Positions 12,901 to 25,668 of a stretch of 64,000 bases of DNA are shown in pieces. The stretch comes from Camelus dromedarius (taxonomy: Eukaryota): contig NC_087436.1 in NCBI RefSeq assembly GCF_036321535.1, forward strand, positions 101,372,001 to 101,436,000, written 5' to 3'. How positions within the stretch are numbered: the stretch's first letter is position 1; each line of letters starts with the position of its first letter. Below the pieces are notes generated by a model. It saw only the letters and a list, made by a program, of their open reading frames with translations. It did no database searches and was not told the origin of the DNA. The translations under genes and the position numbers were made by a program.

Positions 12901-14417
12901 AAAAAGAGGTTTGAATAAAATGCAACCACTTGTTTGACACAAGGGTTAGGCTGAGTCATTCCATGATCTGGCAGGGCACAAAATTGACAGTTACCACAAA
13001 AGGTTTCCAAAGGTGTACCAAGCTCTACTGGGGCCACTTAGTTCTTGATTAGACAGACACTGATTCCAGAACCCTTAAGAAATAAGGTCTCTGCCATAGT
13101 CAACAGATGAGAAAAGAATGTATCGGATGTTTCATTCTTGCTTTAGCATAGGTGAACATAATCTTGAACTTTGGGCACTGTCAAAACTCTTTGGGTGTTA
13201 CCAGAGGTTAATGTTAATATCAAGTTACCTGAAGGTTGTCAAAGTTTATACCTGCTTTATGTGCCTGCTACGGATTTTTAAGTATTAGCTCAATTTTACA
13301 ATCCTCATGACAGCTTGGCTGTTACTTCACTTGTTAGATTATGAATTCCTTTCTTCTATACCCTAATTGAAAATTGAAAAAAAAAATCAAAATCCTACAG
13401 CAGTGCTTAATTTGAACGGTTCTGTTCAATAACCCTGAACTGGCCACACACTAAAATGTCACCCTGTCGTATCGATGTTTTCTTCCGGACATCTGATCCC
13501 CCAAATACTCCTCGTGGTTCACCAGGTGAAACATTTATTATTTGAAAAGAGAACGGCAGTGAGAAGTGTTTGTCAGCTTTTTTAAAGTTATGAGAAAAAG
13601 AGCAGCTACTGTTTCCCCTGCTCAGCTATTTGTGTCACATGGGGAGGATGAGGTGGGAAACCTCAAAGAGGTGTTATCTTGTGCTTTTTGTCTTCACTTC
13701 ATTCCTCAGCACCCCGGGCTCTTCCTCTTTTAACACGCACAACCAATAGCTTCCAAGTCATTTAATATTTTAAAGGAATTAATATTTTAGTTAGCAATGG
13801 ATCAAGCTACTAAACTGAATCTTGGCTTGTAGACTAATGGATTGAATTCGGTCCAGGTGAATGGTGACCAGACTTGTTGCTCTCCTGGGGGGAAAAAAAA
13901 AGAAGGCAGACAAAAGCTGCTCCATAAATGGAGTCCTGGTTAATGATCTCACCCTCAGTAAAGTATGTAGTCCTTATGTCACTGGCATTTTCGGACGATA
14001 GTTTTCTTTTTTAAAGGGACCATTTACAACCATTCCTTTCAGTGACCATGTGTTTGTTTAGAAAAGAAACACATTTTCCCCCTTGGTTAGCCTCTAGTGA
14101 TAATGAGGGACATATGTGAGATGGTGTTAACTCTATACTCAAGACCAATGTCATTTGTAGAGACACTGTCTCAATCTATCCCATATTTAATTTCTTCTCT
14201 TCCTCAAACTTTGGGCTAGAAGAGTCTGTAAACCTAGAGTGAACAATAATAAGGCCAATATTAATAATCGCTCTCTTTCTAGTTGTTACTGGTAATTTTT
14301 CTTGTTAATTTTTTAAGCTACTCCTAATTTTTAATTACCATAATTATAACCACTTCCTAAAATCTCTCTGTTTTGATTTTTCTCCTATGCTTCACTTTAT
14401 TCACAACTGCTTTCTGT

Positions 14418-14502
14418 ATAGGGTGACCATATGTGTCAATTTGTCTGGACTAAGTTCTCATTATTCCTGTTTCACTAAAAAACATCCTAGTTTGGATGAT
14501 TA
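14418..14502. mobile_element. hAT-Blackjack MITE remnant (MER81-like)
   Basis: Begins with the TIR tagggtgaccatatgt and contains catcctagtttggatgat, resembling MER81. Internally deleted. Confidence 0.55.
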
Positions 14503-14638
14503 GGAATTTACAAATATCTGAAAATCAAGATATTCAGACTTGGCTGCAGGCACTAGAGGACGATGCAGTGAAGGTGGCACTGCCACCAACACTGGGAAAA
14601 AGTTCCTGACTTGCTGAAGCTGGAAATTCGATGCTCTT

Positions 14639-14821
14639 TTTTGTTTGTTTGTTTATATATTTTTATTGAATTATAGTCAGTTTACAATGTTGTGTCAATT
14701 TCTGGTATACAGCATAATGCTTCAGTCATACATGATCATACATATATTTGTTTTCATTCTTTTTCACCATAAGTTACTACAAGATATTGAATAATTCCCT
14801 GTGTTTTATGAACTTATTGTT

Positions 14822-14864
<43 letters not shown>

Positions 14865-15162
14865 TTAGTATCAGCAAATTTTGAACTCTCAATTTATCTC
14901 CTCACCCACTTTCCCCCTGGTAACCATAAGTTTGTTTTCTAGGTCTGTGAGTCTGTTTCTGCTTTGTAAATTTTTGTCTTGTTTTTTAGATTCCACATAT
15001 AAGTGATATCATATGGTATTTTTTCTTTCTCTTTCTGGATTACTTCACTTAGAATGAGACTCTCCAGGTCCATCTATGTTATTGCAAATGGCATTATTTT
15101 ATTCTTTTTTATGGCCGAGTAGTATTCTGTTGTATACCACAACTTCTTTATCCAGTCATCTG
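14639..15162 (-). mobile_element. Relatively young lineage-specific L1, 5'-truncated (3' UTR)
   Basis: Poly-T tail, then ttttattgaattatagtcagtttacaatgttgtg...agattccacatataagtgatatcatatgg...gcaaatggcattattttattcttttttatggc. 11-bp TSD TC(G/A)ATGCTCTT at 14628-14638 and 15163-15173. Internal (TA)n at about 14828-14861. Confidence 0.92.
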
Positions 15163-16046
15163 TCAATGCTCTTGCTGGAACCTTTCCTGCTACAGTCACT
15201 ACAAGTTGGATCTTGCTACGCACCCTTTGCAGAATGCATTTCTTGCAACACTTGTTTGATCATACTTTCAAACCCATTTTACAGAATTACTTCTGACTGA
15301 CAGACCCTAGAGACAAGGAAGGCTGGGCAAGTGAGCTTAAACTTCTACAGTTGGATGAGTCATGAGGACATAATATAGGATATTCCACAAACATGTGAAA
15401 ATCGTTCCAAACCTGGGGATTCAGTAATCACAACAGTTTACCATCAAAATTGTTCCAAATTCATGCTCCAGTCTATATATAGGTAGAAAAGGAGAAACCA
15501 GGAAAGAGTACAAAGGATGCTTCAAATGAGCTGTAAAGTTTAATTTCTTATAAGAAATGTCTGAACGCAAGAGAACAAACAAAAAGCCACATGAAAACAA
15601 TAAGTAAATGAAATGAACAAAACAGAGACATTGACTACCAATGAAGCCCTGCCTCTTAACAAAGAATCCAGATCTAGTGTAAAACTGTGGATTTTAATTT
15701 TATATTACAATGGCTTAATAATAAAACTAATTTCTATTTTTATAAAAATTCAGAGAAAACCACAAACTATTTCTCACAGTTCTTCAAGTAATTGATATGT
15801 CATGTACATAGAAATCCTAAAACTACTCTTAAAAATCATTTGGATCTAAGAAAAGAAAGGGTCTTTGGAGATAGATGCCCTGAGGATTTTAAGGTAGATT
15901 CTCCCCTTACCTCTTGCTGACAGGTCTCTGACTTTTCCAAAATTTTTCCAGGTTGAAGAGTAGGTGATATGGGGGGGTGGGGAGGACTTTTGTTGTGAAA
16001 CAAGAAGACAGTAAGTCAAATATTAATAATGTTAGATCATGATTAC

Positions 16047-16260
16047 TAAGGCAGATACTGGTAGATGCCTACCCAATATTCATTTGCTCTTTTTTTCATT
16101 GACAGAAACTGATTATTGTTTGGGATGGCTAAGTGCACAGCTTGAAAAAGACTGTTTCCCTTGCAGTTAGGGCTGGTCTTGTGACACAGTCTCACCCTAT
16201 GAGAAAGAGGTAGAAGGAAGTTTTTATTCTTCAGCCCCTCCACAAGGTGAAGTGGGGGCA
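16047..16260 (+). mobile_element. ERVL LTR remnant (LTR33-like)
   Basis: ggcagatactgg...tgcctacccaatattcatt...acagaaac...cccttgcagttagggctggtcttgtgacacagtctc matches the LTR33 5' portion as I recall it. Confidence 0.65.
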
Positions 16261-16343
16261 GCACAGCAGAACGGCTCTGGCTTCTTGTTTCAGAGTTAAA
16301 TCATTTTCTCACTCAAAGCTTGGAGATTTGAAGGAAACTGATG

Positions 16344-16477
16344 GGAGGAGAGGGTATACTCAGTGGTAGCATGCACAAGGTCCTGGGTGCAATTCCCAGT
16401 ACCTCCATTAAAAAATAAAAGAAATAAACCTAATTACCTCCCCCCAATAAAAATTTTTAAAAATTAAAAAAAAAAAA
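16344..16477 (+). mobile_element. Camelid tRNA-derived SINE (Vic-1-like), copy 2, internally deleted
   Basis: gagggtatactcagtggtag...ggtcctgggtgcaattcccagtacctcc...aaacctaattacctccccc plus an A tail. TSD GAAACTGATGGG at 16334-16345 and 16478-16489. Confidence 0.9.
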
Positions 16478-17559
16478 GAAACTGATGGGTAAGAGATAAG
16501 AGAAGCAGCAAATATGCAGACATAAACTCTACAGAGTCCTATGCTATCTATATGAATAGGAACTAGTGTTAATGAGTAACAGTTAGAAATCATAAGGTTC
16601 TTGCTATACTATTTTCATTAAGTGAAATCCTACTTGATTCTCAAATGCTAAGATAATGTACTTTTCTCAGTTAAGAACATCAATCCCACATTCCCAGCAT
16701 TTGTTCAATAAGCAGACATCAAAAAATGAAGAGAACAGTGCTCCATATATTTTTGCATCTCCTTTATGATAAATATTGGCAACAACCATTCAATATCTGC
16801 AAACAGTAATGGATTGGGAAATTTGCCAGCAGTCCTCAGTATCAGTTGTGGCTTTAATCTGGTTTAAACCACGAGTTATTTTTCAGGTTGCAGCAGCCTG
16901 TAAATTATTGCTCCATTAGAGTTGTAAAGTTAAGCCTACGAACATACTTTTACAACCAATAAATATGCTGTCTTGTGCATCATTTAGGACATTACTAGAA
17001 GCATTTTGTATTGATATAGTAGCAAGATATTTCACTGGTACATCTAACATTTTTGCAAATTGTTTAAAAACAAAGGAACATGCTCTCTCTTGCTGGAATG
17101 CACTGCATTATAGTATTTTGTAAGTTGTTTTCTCTTCAAATACACTCAGTATTATAACAGAATAAAAATTGTTCTTTTCTTAGCTAAATTTGAGTAACTC
17201 TAGTGCCATGGCATGTGTTCTGTTCCAGTGTTATTTTTACATGCTGCTTATTAGCTGCATTAAAGTTTTACTTGATTTTTTTCAGAAAATATATTTTGAT
17301 GATAAAAACTTTATCAAAATATAGATGAACTATGAAATTTTAATATATGAGTATTCTTTCTCTACATTAATGTTCCATTTATATTTATAAATATGCAGTT
17401 AAATTTACAGACGGTTCTTAGCAATGGCATTTTTATCGCTTCCTAAGAAGTAGAAAACATAAAATAGTGACTGCTGAAAAGTTGCATATTGTGGCGAAGG
17501 TACAGTAGAACTGTATTTTATTATTCTAGGATCTAAATTTGAAAGCAAGGCTTTGGAGT

Positions 17560-17990
17560 ATATATAAAAGTATCATGAAGCTCATTTTCTATTATTATAT
17601 TTTTGAAAACAAATTCCCTATACATTTATTAGGTTAGGCTTGTTTGCCATTCAAAATCTTTCTACTTGTTTGTTTAATTGATAAATCAACTTCTAAGAGA
17701 GGTGTGCCAAAATCTACTACAGTGATAAATGTGTCAGTTCTCCTTGAAGTTCTGTTAATATTTATCTTATATACTTTAATATTTTATAATAGGCTCAAAA
17801 AATATAAAATTGTTATATTTTCTAATGCATTTAACATCTTTGTACTAATATTTTCTTTAATTCTAACTTACTGATACAAATATAGTTACACTAGCTTTTT
17901 CTTAACCTTTTGCCTGCAATACTGTTTTAAATTACATATTTTTAATGTTTCTGTGAGTGTACCTTTGCTAAGTTTTTCTTATTAGCATTG
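17560..17990 (-). mobile_element. Old L1 ORF2 endonuclease-region remnant (antisense)
   Basis: agagaggtgtgccaaaatctactacagtga...gttctccttgaagttctgttaat...aatatagttacactagctttt is typical antisense L1 EN-domain sequence. Confidence 0.65.
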
Positions 17991-17999
17991 TCTACCTAT

Positions 18000-19960
18000 A
18001 TTAAAGCTGACTAAAAAAGAAATTGAAAATATGAATATATCTAATATCTATATCTAAAGCCCCATATCTAATTGAAATTGCTAACAAAACTTTCTTATAA
18101 AGAAAACTCCAGGCCATGATGGTTTCACAGATAAATTCTATCAAAAGTTTCAGGAACAAGTAATATCAATCTTATAAAAAGTCTTTCAGAAAATTCAGAA
18201 GGACAAAATCTTTTCTAATTTATTTTATAAAGCCCACATGATGATAGCCATACCTGATATTACAAAGCCAGGTATTTCTTGACATTACAAGAAAATTACA
18301 AATCAGTGTTGCTCAACCACATAGATACAAAAATGCTCAATAACCTATATGAAAGAATAAATATATCATGAACAGGTGGGATTTATCACAGAAATGCAAA
18401 ATTCTTTTAATACTCATAAATCAAACAATGTAATTTACCATCTCAATATAATTTGCATCTGAATAGATACAAGCAAGTTATTTGACATAATTCTACATCC
18501 TTTTATGATCAAATATCTCAGCTAACCAGAAACTGATGAGATCTTTCCGATGTATTAAAGGACATTTGTTATGGACTGAATTGTGTTTTTGCCCAAATTC
18601 ATGTATTGAAGTCCACGCTCCAAATGTGACTGTATTTGGAGAAAGTGCCATTAGGAGGTAATTAAGGCTAGATGAGGTCATAGGGTGGGGCCTTAATCAG
18701 TTAGGATTGTTGGCCTTATAAGACCAGGAAGAGACCTCTCTCTTTCTCCCTCTCTGCACAGAGGAACGGCTGTGTGAGGACACAGTGAGAAAGTGCCAGC
18801 TGCAAGCCGAGAAAGGGCTTCACCAGGAACCAACCCTGCTGGCATCTTGATTTTGGACTTCGAGCCTCCACAACTGTGAGTTAAAAAAGATCTGCTATTT
18901 AAGCCACCCAGTCTGTGGTACTTTGTTACAGAGACCAAGTCCACATATATAGCATCTATAAACGTCTATGGTAACCTCATCCTAAATAGTGATGTACTGA
19001 ATATGTCTCCTCTAAAAAAAAAAAAAGACAGAGATGTTAATTCTTACCATTTTGGTTCAACATGAGATTGGAAGACCCAGCTGGTACAATAAGGAAAGGA
19101 AAAAAAAATGTTGAGGATTGTCTTTATTCATGGACAGTATGAGAGTCTGTATAGAATATTCTAAGTAATCCACTACAATACTGGAACTAAATTTCTAGAA
19201 CTAATCAGTGAACTTAGCAAGACTATAGGATACAAAATCAATATACAAAATTCAGTTTTATTTTTATTATAGCAACAGTTGGAAAAAAGAAACATAAACA
19301 GTAAAATTTACAGTAGCATCCAAAACTTCCACACTGCAAAAATACAAGCTATTGTTGAAATCAAAGTTCTAAATAGTTGGAGATATATATATATATATCT
19401 TATAGATTATAGAAGTCTCAATATTGTTATCATTTCTCCTCAAATTGATCTATAGATTTTAAAAATCCAGTCGAAATCCTGGAAAAATTTTTAATAAAAA
19501 TGAATAAATTAATTATAAAATAAATGGGAATGTAAAGATCTAGAATACCTAAACACTTTTGATAAAAATAATAAAATCTGAGGATTTATCATACCTGACT
19601 TTAAGACTTACCAGGCTACATTAATCAAGACAGTGTGGAATTTGTGTAACGACAAATGTCATTAAATCTGAATAGAGAGCCCAGAAATAGAGCCACATGT
19701 ATGCAATTTAGTTGATTTTTGACAGTCACTGTACTAATTAAAGATAAAAGTATAAACTTTTCAAGAAATTGTACTACCAAAACTGGATTAGCACACAAAA
19801 CAATATTAACTTCATGCCAAAACTCACAAAACATTAAAATTAATTTCCAAAGGATCATAGACCTACATGTAAAAGCTAAAACTGTAAAATGTATGGATAA
19901 ACACAGAGAAAATCCTTGTAATCATGGGATAAACTAAGGTTTCTTGGACAGTACAAAAAA
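18000..19960 (+). mobile_element. Old L1 (L1MC/MD-like) ORF2 remnant, interrupted by an MLT1
   Basis: aaactccaggccatgatggtttcacagataaattctatcaaa (SPGPDGFT-like), caaattgatctatagattt, atacctgactttaagactta, aatcaagacagtgtgg. Many stops and frameshifts. Confidence 0.88.
18567..18951 (+). mobile_element. MaLR solo LTR, MLT1B-like, nested in L1
   Basis: tgttatggactgaattgtg...gaggtcatagggtggggcc...ctgctggcatcttgattttggactt...aagccacccagtctgtggtactttgtta. L1 sequence resumes on both sides. Confidence 0.9.
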
Positions 19961-19964
19961 GCCA

Positions 19965-20256
19965 AGCCACAGATACAGAAAATAAACTTACGGTTAGCAG
20001 GGGAAGAGAGTAGGGAGGAATATATTGGGAGTTTGGGATTTGCAGATACTAACTACTATCTATAAAACAGATAAACAGCAAGGTCTTACTGTACAGCACA
20101 GAGAACTATATTCAGTACTTTGTAATAGCATATAATGAAAAAGAATATGGAAAGGAATGTGTATATATATGTATAAATGAATCACTATGCTGTACACGAG
20201 AAATTAACACAACATTGTAGATCAACTATACTTCAACAAAAAACAAAACAAAAAAT
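19965..20256 (+). mobile_element. Younger artiodactyl/camelid-type L1 3' end
   Basis: gggagtttgggatttgcagatactaactact...caaggtcttactgtacagcacagagaactatattcagta...aacattgtagatcaactatacttcaa followed by an A-rich tail. Confidence 0.9.
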
Positions 20257-21770
20257 ACTAACCTAGCAGAAAGATAAAAATGTGTAGATGGACTTCCCGT
20301 TTGTAGAGACCTAATCTGCGTTACCTATTTTTCTGCAATGCACATGGTTGAAATGTTTACCTCAAATGGGGAATCTTGAAGGAAATAAATTCTGTGTCTG
20401 CCTGATCCTGGACCCAGGTCCTGTGGTCCTACAACCTTTGCTTGCTGCTCTGTGCGTCTGTTCCCCTTCATATGCATTGAGACACTGTTTTGAATTTATA
20501 CAGTGCTAATTCTTCTGATTTCAGTGTTTGATGTGAAAGGGGAATGACAAAGTATGTGCTCACAAAACCACCTTAATTGGAAGTTTCAGCAGTCTTTTTA
20601 GACAAATTACTTGACAAAGTCCTAAGTGAGAAAGGAAGAAGGCACATTCTCTTCTGTGGATAAAAGCACGAAAGCCACTTGGAGCACAAAGTTGTGGGTC
20701 CTGGAAGAGCCACAGGGCAGAGATGTGAGCGTGCGTGCTGGGTTGCTTCAAAGTAACCAGATCAAGGGGGTCATAAGGTGGAAACAACACACATTTGTCA
20801 ATTTCATAATTTAGTCCAAGGCTACCTTTCAGTTGTTCAGGGCTCTTTGCACTGCTCTGCAGTTTGGACCACATCCCCATCAACTGCTGCAGCTTTGAAT
20901 CCAGAATGACAGCACAGATTATAAAATGAAGGAAAGCAATAACAACCATCCAAAACTAGCTGATTAGTAAATAGCACTTTATCCAAAACCTTTTTAGTTA
21001 CTCAAACATTAATACTGTTAAGTTTAAAATGTTTGACTTCAGCCCAAAAGTAGAATTTTTTTCAATGCCATAAGGGTAATCAGTTGAATAATTTTTGAAA
21101 GAAGAAAAACATGAAAAATATACACTTCCTCCTGCTTCAAAGTTGGCATGTTGTTTCTGCATGCCAGCAGTGGAAAGAAAAAAGTCCCTAAGCTTTCCGT
21201 GATCATAGGGTTTGGAGAAGAATACTTCTAAACAACCACGTTTCTGAAGTAGGCTAAAAATATTTCCACTTACTTGCTATTAGATTTACATATCTTGAGG
21301 GAGACAAGTGTTACCAAATCACAAACCCATGCCTTTGTGTTTTGAAAAAAGCAGGTAATGACCACATTTTCTACTTGGAGTGTCCAGGAGTAAATTACTC
21401 ATTTGTTTCCCTTATCATTTTTATTCAAGCTAAAAATAATGATTAAAATAAGCTAGTAAAGCAAACCTGAAGGAAAATCTTGGAAGGGAACAGCTCTGCT
21501 GATGTGGTAGAGGATGCTCTAGAGTGCTCACATCTGTGTCTGAGTAGTGTAAATGTTTTTGTTACTGACATGGGTGCTTCAGTACTATTTCTGGGATATC
21601 TCTGTATAAATCTTGGTGTGAGTATTGGATACCTGAAGAAACAGGCTCAAAAATTTGTATCTGAACATCAACAAGACGTGATTTTAGTACCCTCGTCCGT
21701 TTGGGTCTCTATGAATATTGTTATTGTACTAAATATTCTTTTAATTTGTCTTAACGTTTGTATGGCAGGG

Positions 21771-22235
21771 TGTATTTGTTTCCTATTGATGTACTAATAA
21801 ATTACCCCAAACCTAGTGACTTAAAAAAAAAACCTCACTCATTATTCTACATTTCTGGATGTCAGAAGTCTAGAATGGGTTGCCAGGGCTCTGTGTTCCT
21901 TCTGGAAGCATTAGGGAGGAATCATTTTTCTTGCCTTCTCCAACTTCTAGGAACTGCTCACAAATATATCCTTAGCTTGTGTCCCAACCTCTGCTTTTTC
22001 CTCATATTTCCTTCTTTATTAATCTGACCCTACTTCATCCCTCTTGTAAGAACCCTTGTTAATGACAATTACATTCAGCTCAACAATTTAATGGGCAGAA
22101 TAATCTTCTCATGTCCAGATTTTTAACTTAATCACATCTGCAATGTCCTTTTGGCCATGTAATGTGACATCTTCGCAGGTTCTGGCAATTAGGATATGAA
22201 CGTATTTGGGTGGTGCATTATTCTGTCTGCATGCA
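21771..22235 (-). mobile_element. MaLR solo LTR, MLT1D/E-like
   Basis: tgtatttgtttcctattg...aaattaccccaaacctagtgacttaaaa...ttaacttaatcacatctgcaa...cattattctgtctg is antisense MLT1. Confidence 0.85.
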
Positions 22236-22984
22236 GAGGATTCAGTATTAGAGTATCTGTGATTACGTTTTAAAAAAATGTAAAATATGTATTTTTAAAA
22301 AAAACAAATGCAGTATGGATATAAATCAACAAAATGAAGAAAATTTAATAAACTTAAAATTTCACCTTCTGGAGTTAGCTACCATTGATGTATCTTATAC
22401 ATCTTCTCAGATTATTTATTGCTCACACATATTATTTTATAAAAATTGAGAAGTATTGAATATTTATTGTAACTGCTTTTTTTGACACAACAGTATTATT
22501 AGGAATATCTTTCATTCTAATAAATATTTGCCTTTAGCATTTTTACCAGTCAAATATGGTTCCTTTGTGTATCTCTGTACTTATTAGCTCAGTGGTTTAA
22601 TGCTGAAATGTTTATTGACACACACACCATTTTCTTAGGCTAAATATCTTAACAGAGAATTGCTATGCCAAGGTAGGGCATTTTACTTAAAAACTTATTT
22701 TTAATATGCCCAATCAAATTGTTACTCACTTGCTGTACTCAAAGTATACTTACGTTCTCAAAAATTCCTGTATATTCATAATGTAATTTCATTTCATCTT
22801 TGCCAATTTGGTGGAAGAAAATTGTATCTGACTGGTTTTAACCTGGTCAAATCATGACAACAGCTGCTGGCAGGTCAAAATATCAAGAAGTTTCTAACTG
22901 GGACTTGGATGTAAATTGTGCAATTCCCACCAATAGAAGAGAGGAAATGAAAAATTCTATCTATTGATTCTTTAATTTGTGCCT

Positions 22985-23435
22985 TCATTCATTCATTTAT
23001 ATTTTAGTCTTTACAGATTCCTTGTCACTATTAAGAGATAGAGGAAAAAGCAATGAACAAGATTGTCAAAATCTTGAAATCCCCCTGAGTTAGGAATGAG
23101 GGACCTGAAATGACATCTGTGTGGCTGGAGTGTATTGCCTTTAACTGGTTCGCACTGGAGGTCAGCAGGGCTCGGTTTGAAACCCTGCAGGCCATTGTTT
23201 AAAAAAATTGGGTTTTTTTCTTACTGCAGTGAGAAGCCACTGTGAGATTCTAAATGGTGAAGTGTATAATGTAATTTATGATTAAAGCAGCTTCCCTTGG
23301 TTGATATGTAGAAAATAGCTTGCTGTGTTTCAAGACAGGAAACAAGACCAGTTTGGAATGTATTTCGAAGTGCTGCTGGCCTGGTTTAGGTGGCCACAGT
23401 CGAGATGCCTGGGTGGACTGGGGATACATCTTGGA
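22985..23435 (-). mobile_element. L2 remnant (antisense)
   Basis: Starts with the L2 tail ttcattcattcattt, followed by gcaatgaacaaga and gtgagaagccactg. Confidence 0.6.
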
Positions 23436-23704
23436 TCTCTGCTGGTAGTCCTCTCTAGGCTATGGGTGCTGTACTAAGGAACTGAAATAGGGTTCTATTG
23501 TTTCTTCATCCTCTCCATCCCTCCATCCCCATGCTGAAACCTGTCTTCAGTACTCACCTGATGCTCATATGAATGAAATAGAAACAGCTATGCTTTGGTC
23601 CAGTAGCAGTCACTGAAGGCTCTTAATGTGAGTTATGACCAAATAATTAAAACTGAATAATAAAGGTAACTCTGTCCTATGAGACATTTTTAAGAAATCA
23701 GTCT

Positions 23705-23706
<2 letters not shown>

Positions 23707-23762
<56 letters not shown>
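23707..23762. repeat. Perfect (GT)28 microsatellite
   Basis: Read directly from the sequence. Confidence 0.98.
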
Positions 23763-23764
<2 letters not shown>

Positions 23765-23984
23765 CTATTTTGGCTTGCTTGCTATGGATGCCTGAAATAA
23801 CCAACAGTTTTTTCCTTCATACTGAGGCTTTGTTTACAGAATGCCACGATATAAACACACAAATAACTTATCTGGAAGTAATAACCCGTTAGCAGTCTCT
23901 AATACTTTAGCACAAATAAGATTATAAAAATGACTGAATTTCAAGTTGAGTGGATACTTAAAAAATCTTCTAATGTGGTGATTT

Positions 23985-24420
23985 GGGCTAAGATTTCCAG
24001 AAGCAGCCCTAAGAAGAGGATTCATGTGAAAGTAAAAAAAAAAAAAGTTTATGAGGATGTTTTCCCAGGAAAAAGACTAGGGGAGTGAGAGGGAGAAGGG
24101 AAGGAAACCAAGCAAGGCTGCAGTACCAGGCCACGGCGCACAGAGACAACACCGCAGTGAAGCTCACACCGATAGCTGTCCCATGTGGGAACGAGAGAGC
24201 CGAGTATTAAGCTCCCTGTCCTTCACAGCTGTCAATTGTGAGTTAAGAACTGAGACCGGGAGCCATGAATCCCTGTGTCTGCAGGTTGAGTGGGCTCTCT
24301 CATCAGCCTGAGGGGAGCCCACTGAGGAAGACCCACAAATACAGGCCGTTGAGAAAAAGAAAAAAAAAAAAAAAAAGCACTGTGCCAGGAACTGTGTGCA
24401 CTCGCATGGCCAAAGGATCT
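23985..24420 (-). mobile_element. Old ERVL-type LTR remnant (antisense)
   Basis: ccagaagcagccctaagaagaggattcatgtg...cccagg...ggggagtgagagggagaagggaaggaaaccaagcaagg resembles the antisense 3' end of LTR16-related ERVL LTRs. Subfamily uncertain. Confidence 0.55.
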
Positions 24421-24469
24421 CAAGCACTGACAGCATCTGGGTACTGGGGTCCAGAATGGTAAAGGTCCA

Positions 24470-24950
24470 GGGGTTTTGCAGGTATCATCAAAGACCACAA
24501 TCAGTTAATTCTAACTTAATCAAAAGAGAGATCATTCTGGGTGGACCTGATCCAATCAGACAAGCCCTTTAAAGGAGACTTGAAGCAGCAGCAGACACTA
24601 GCCTATTGGTCTGAAGAACAAATTGCTATGTTGTGAGGGCCAGATGGCAAGGAACTGTGGGCAGCTTCTAGTAGCTGAGGGCCTCACTCCTACAACTGCA
24701 AGGAGCTGAATTCAACCAACTACCAGGGAGCCTGGAAAAAGCTCCACTAGTAGCTTGGCACCCAGAGCCCCAGATGAGATCATACCTCCTCCACCAACCT
24801 TGAGACCCTATGCAGAGGGCGCCCCAGTGTGCTGTAGCCAGACCCCTGACCCTTGGGATCTGTGAGATAGTAGATGTGAGCATCTGTTCTGATAATCTAC
24901 ATGCCTTAAAAGCAGTATTTGGTTATAATTATCTCCATAACACTCAATCA
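24470..24950 (+). mobile_element. MaLR LTR, MLT1F-like
   Basis: ttaatcaaaagagagatcattctgggtggacctga...ggcaaggaactgtgggcagcttctag...acaactgcaaggagctgaattc...ccagatgaga...ctgtgagata. Confidence 0.8.
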
Positions 24951-25647
24951 TATGACTAATCTCATTTCTCAGTTCTTCAGCTTCAGTATTCAAGTAGTCT
25001 GCTGTGAAAATGGTCCCCAAGTTAGGTGCTTTTCACTTCTCTGGTTTTTGCTCCTCTTTTTGATTTTCATCTATCGTCAAAGGGTAGAATGATTTAGGCC
25101 ATTTTCCTCCACTTTTTTATTTTCTTTCTTCACTCCAACTGCTTATCTGGGTGCTGTTTAAAGCATTGCTTTAGCTTTTAGGCTGGGAACTGCATGCTTC
25201 TCATTTATGAGCCTTACAATTAATCCTGTATTTCAGAGGATCCAGAGGGGTACATCAGACAGCACTTCCCCTGCACTCTAGTGAATCCCAGCCTTTTCCC
25301 AAGAGGGGGAGAGGTTAAAGGGGCTTGTAGATGTCTATTTTCCTTGCTTTAGGTTGAGTATATATCACCCAGCAGGAGTCTAGGTCACGGTAAAGACTCT
25401 TGCATCAAAGGGCTCTTTTATTGATGGATTGTCCTTTATTTCTCCTGCCTTGTATTTGCTCAGCTGCTCTAAGTCATGTTCCCGGATGAATAATTCCTGC
25501 CTCTTCTTGAACTCAATTCCCTTCATTCTTTCCTCACAGTTAGGAAGTGATTGAGAAAAAATGAAATCCATTTACTTTTACTCCTCCTTCCTTTTGCTTT
25601 GTTTTCACTCTGCGATTTTTTGTGCCCTTCTCTTGCTCCTCTGTTTT

Positions 25648-25668
25648 GTTGTTGTTGTTGTTGTTGTT
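25648..25668. repeat. (GTT)n trinucleotide microsatellite
   Basis: Read directly from the sequence. Confidence 0.9.

Noticed and set aside
17560..19960. Divergent L1 fragments suggesting a twin-priming 5' inversion
   Set aside because: The two pieces appear to differ in age and leave a large gap in L1 coordinates. Independent insertions are more likely.
20560..20949. 129-aa minus-strand ORF in unique sequence
   Set aside because: No recognisable domain or convincing splice boundaries. Length is compatible with chance.
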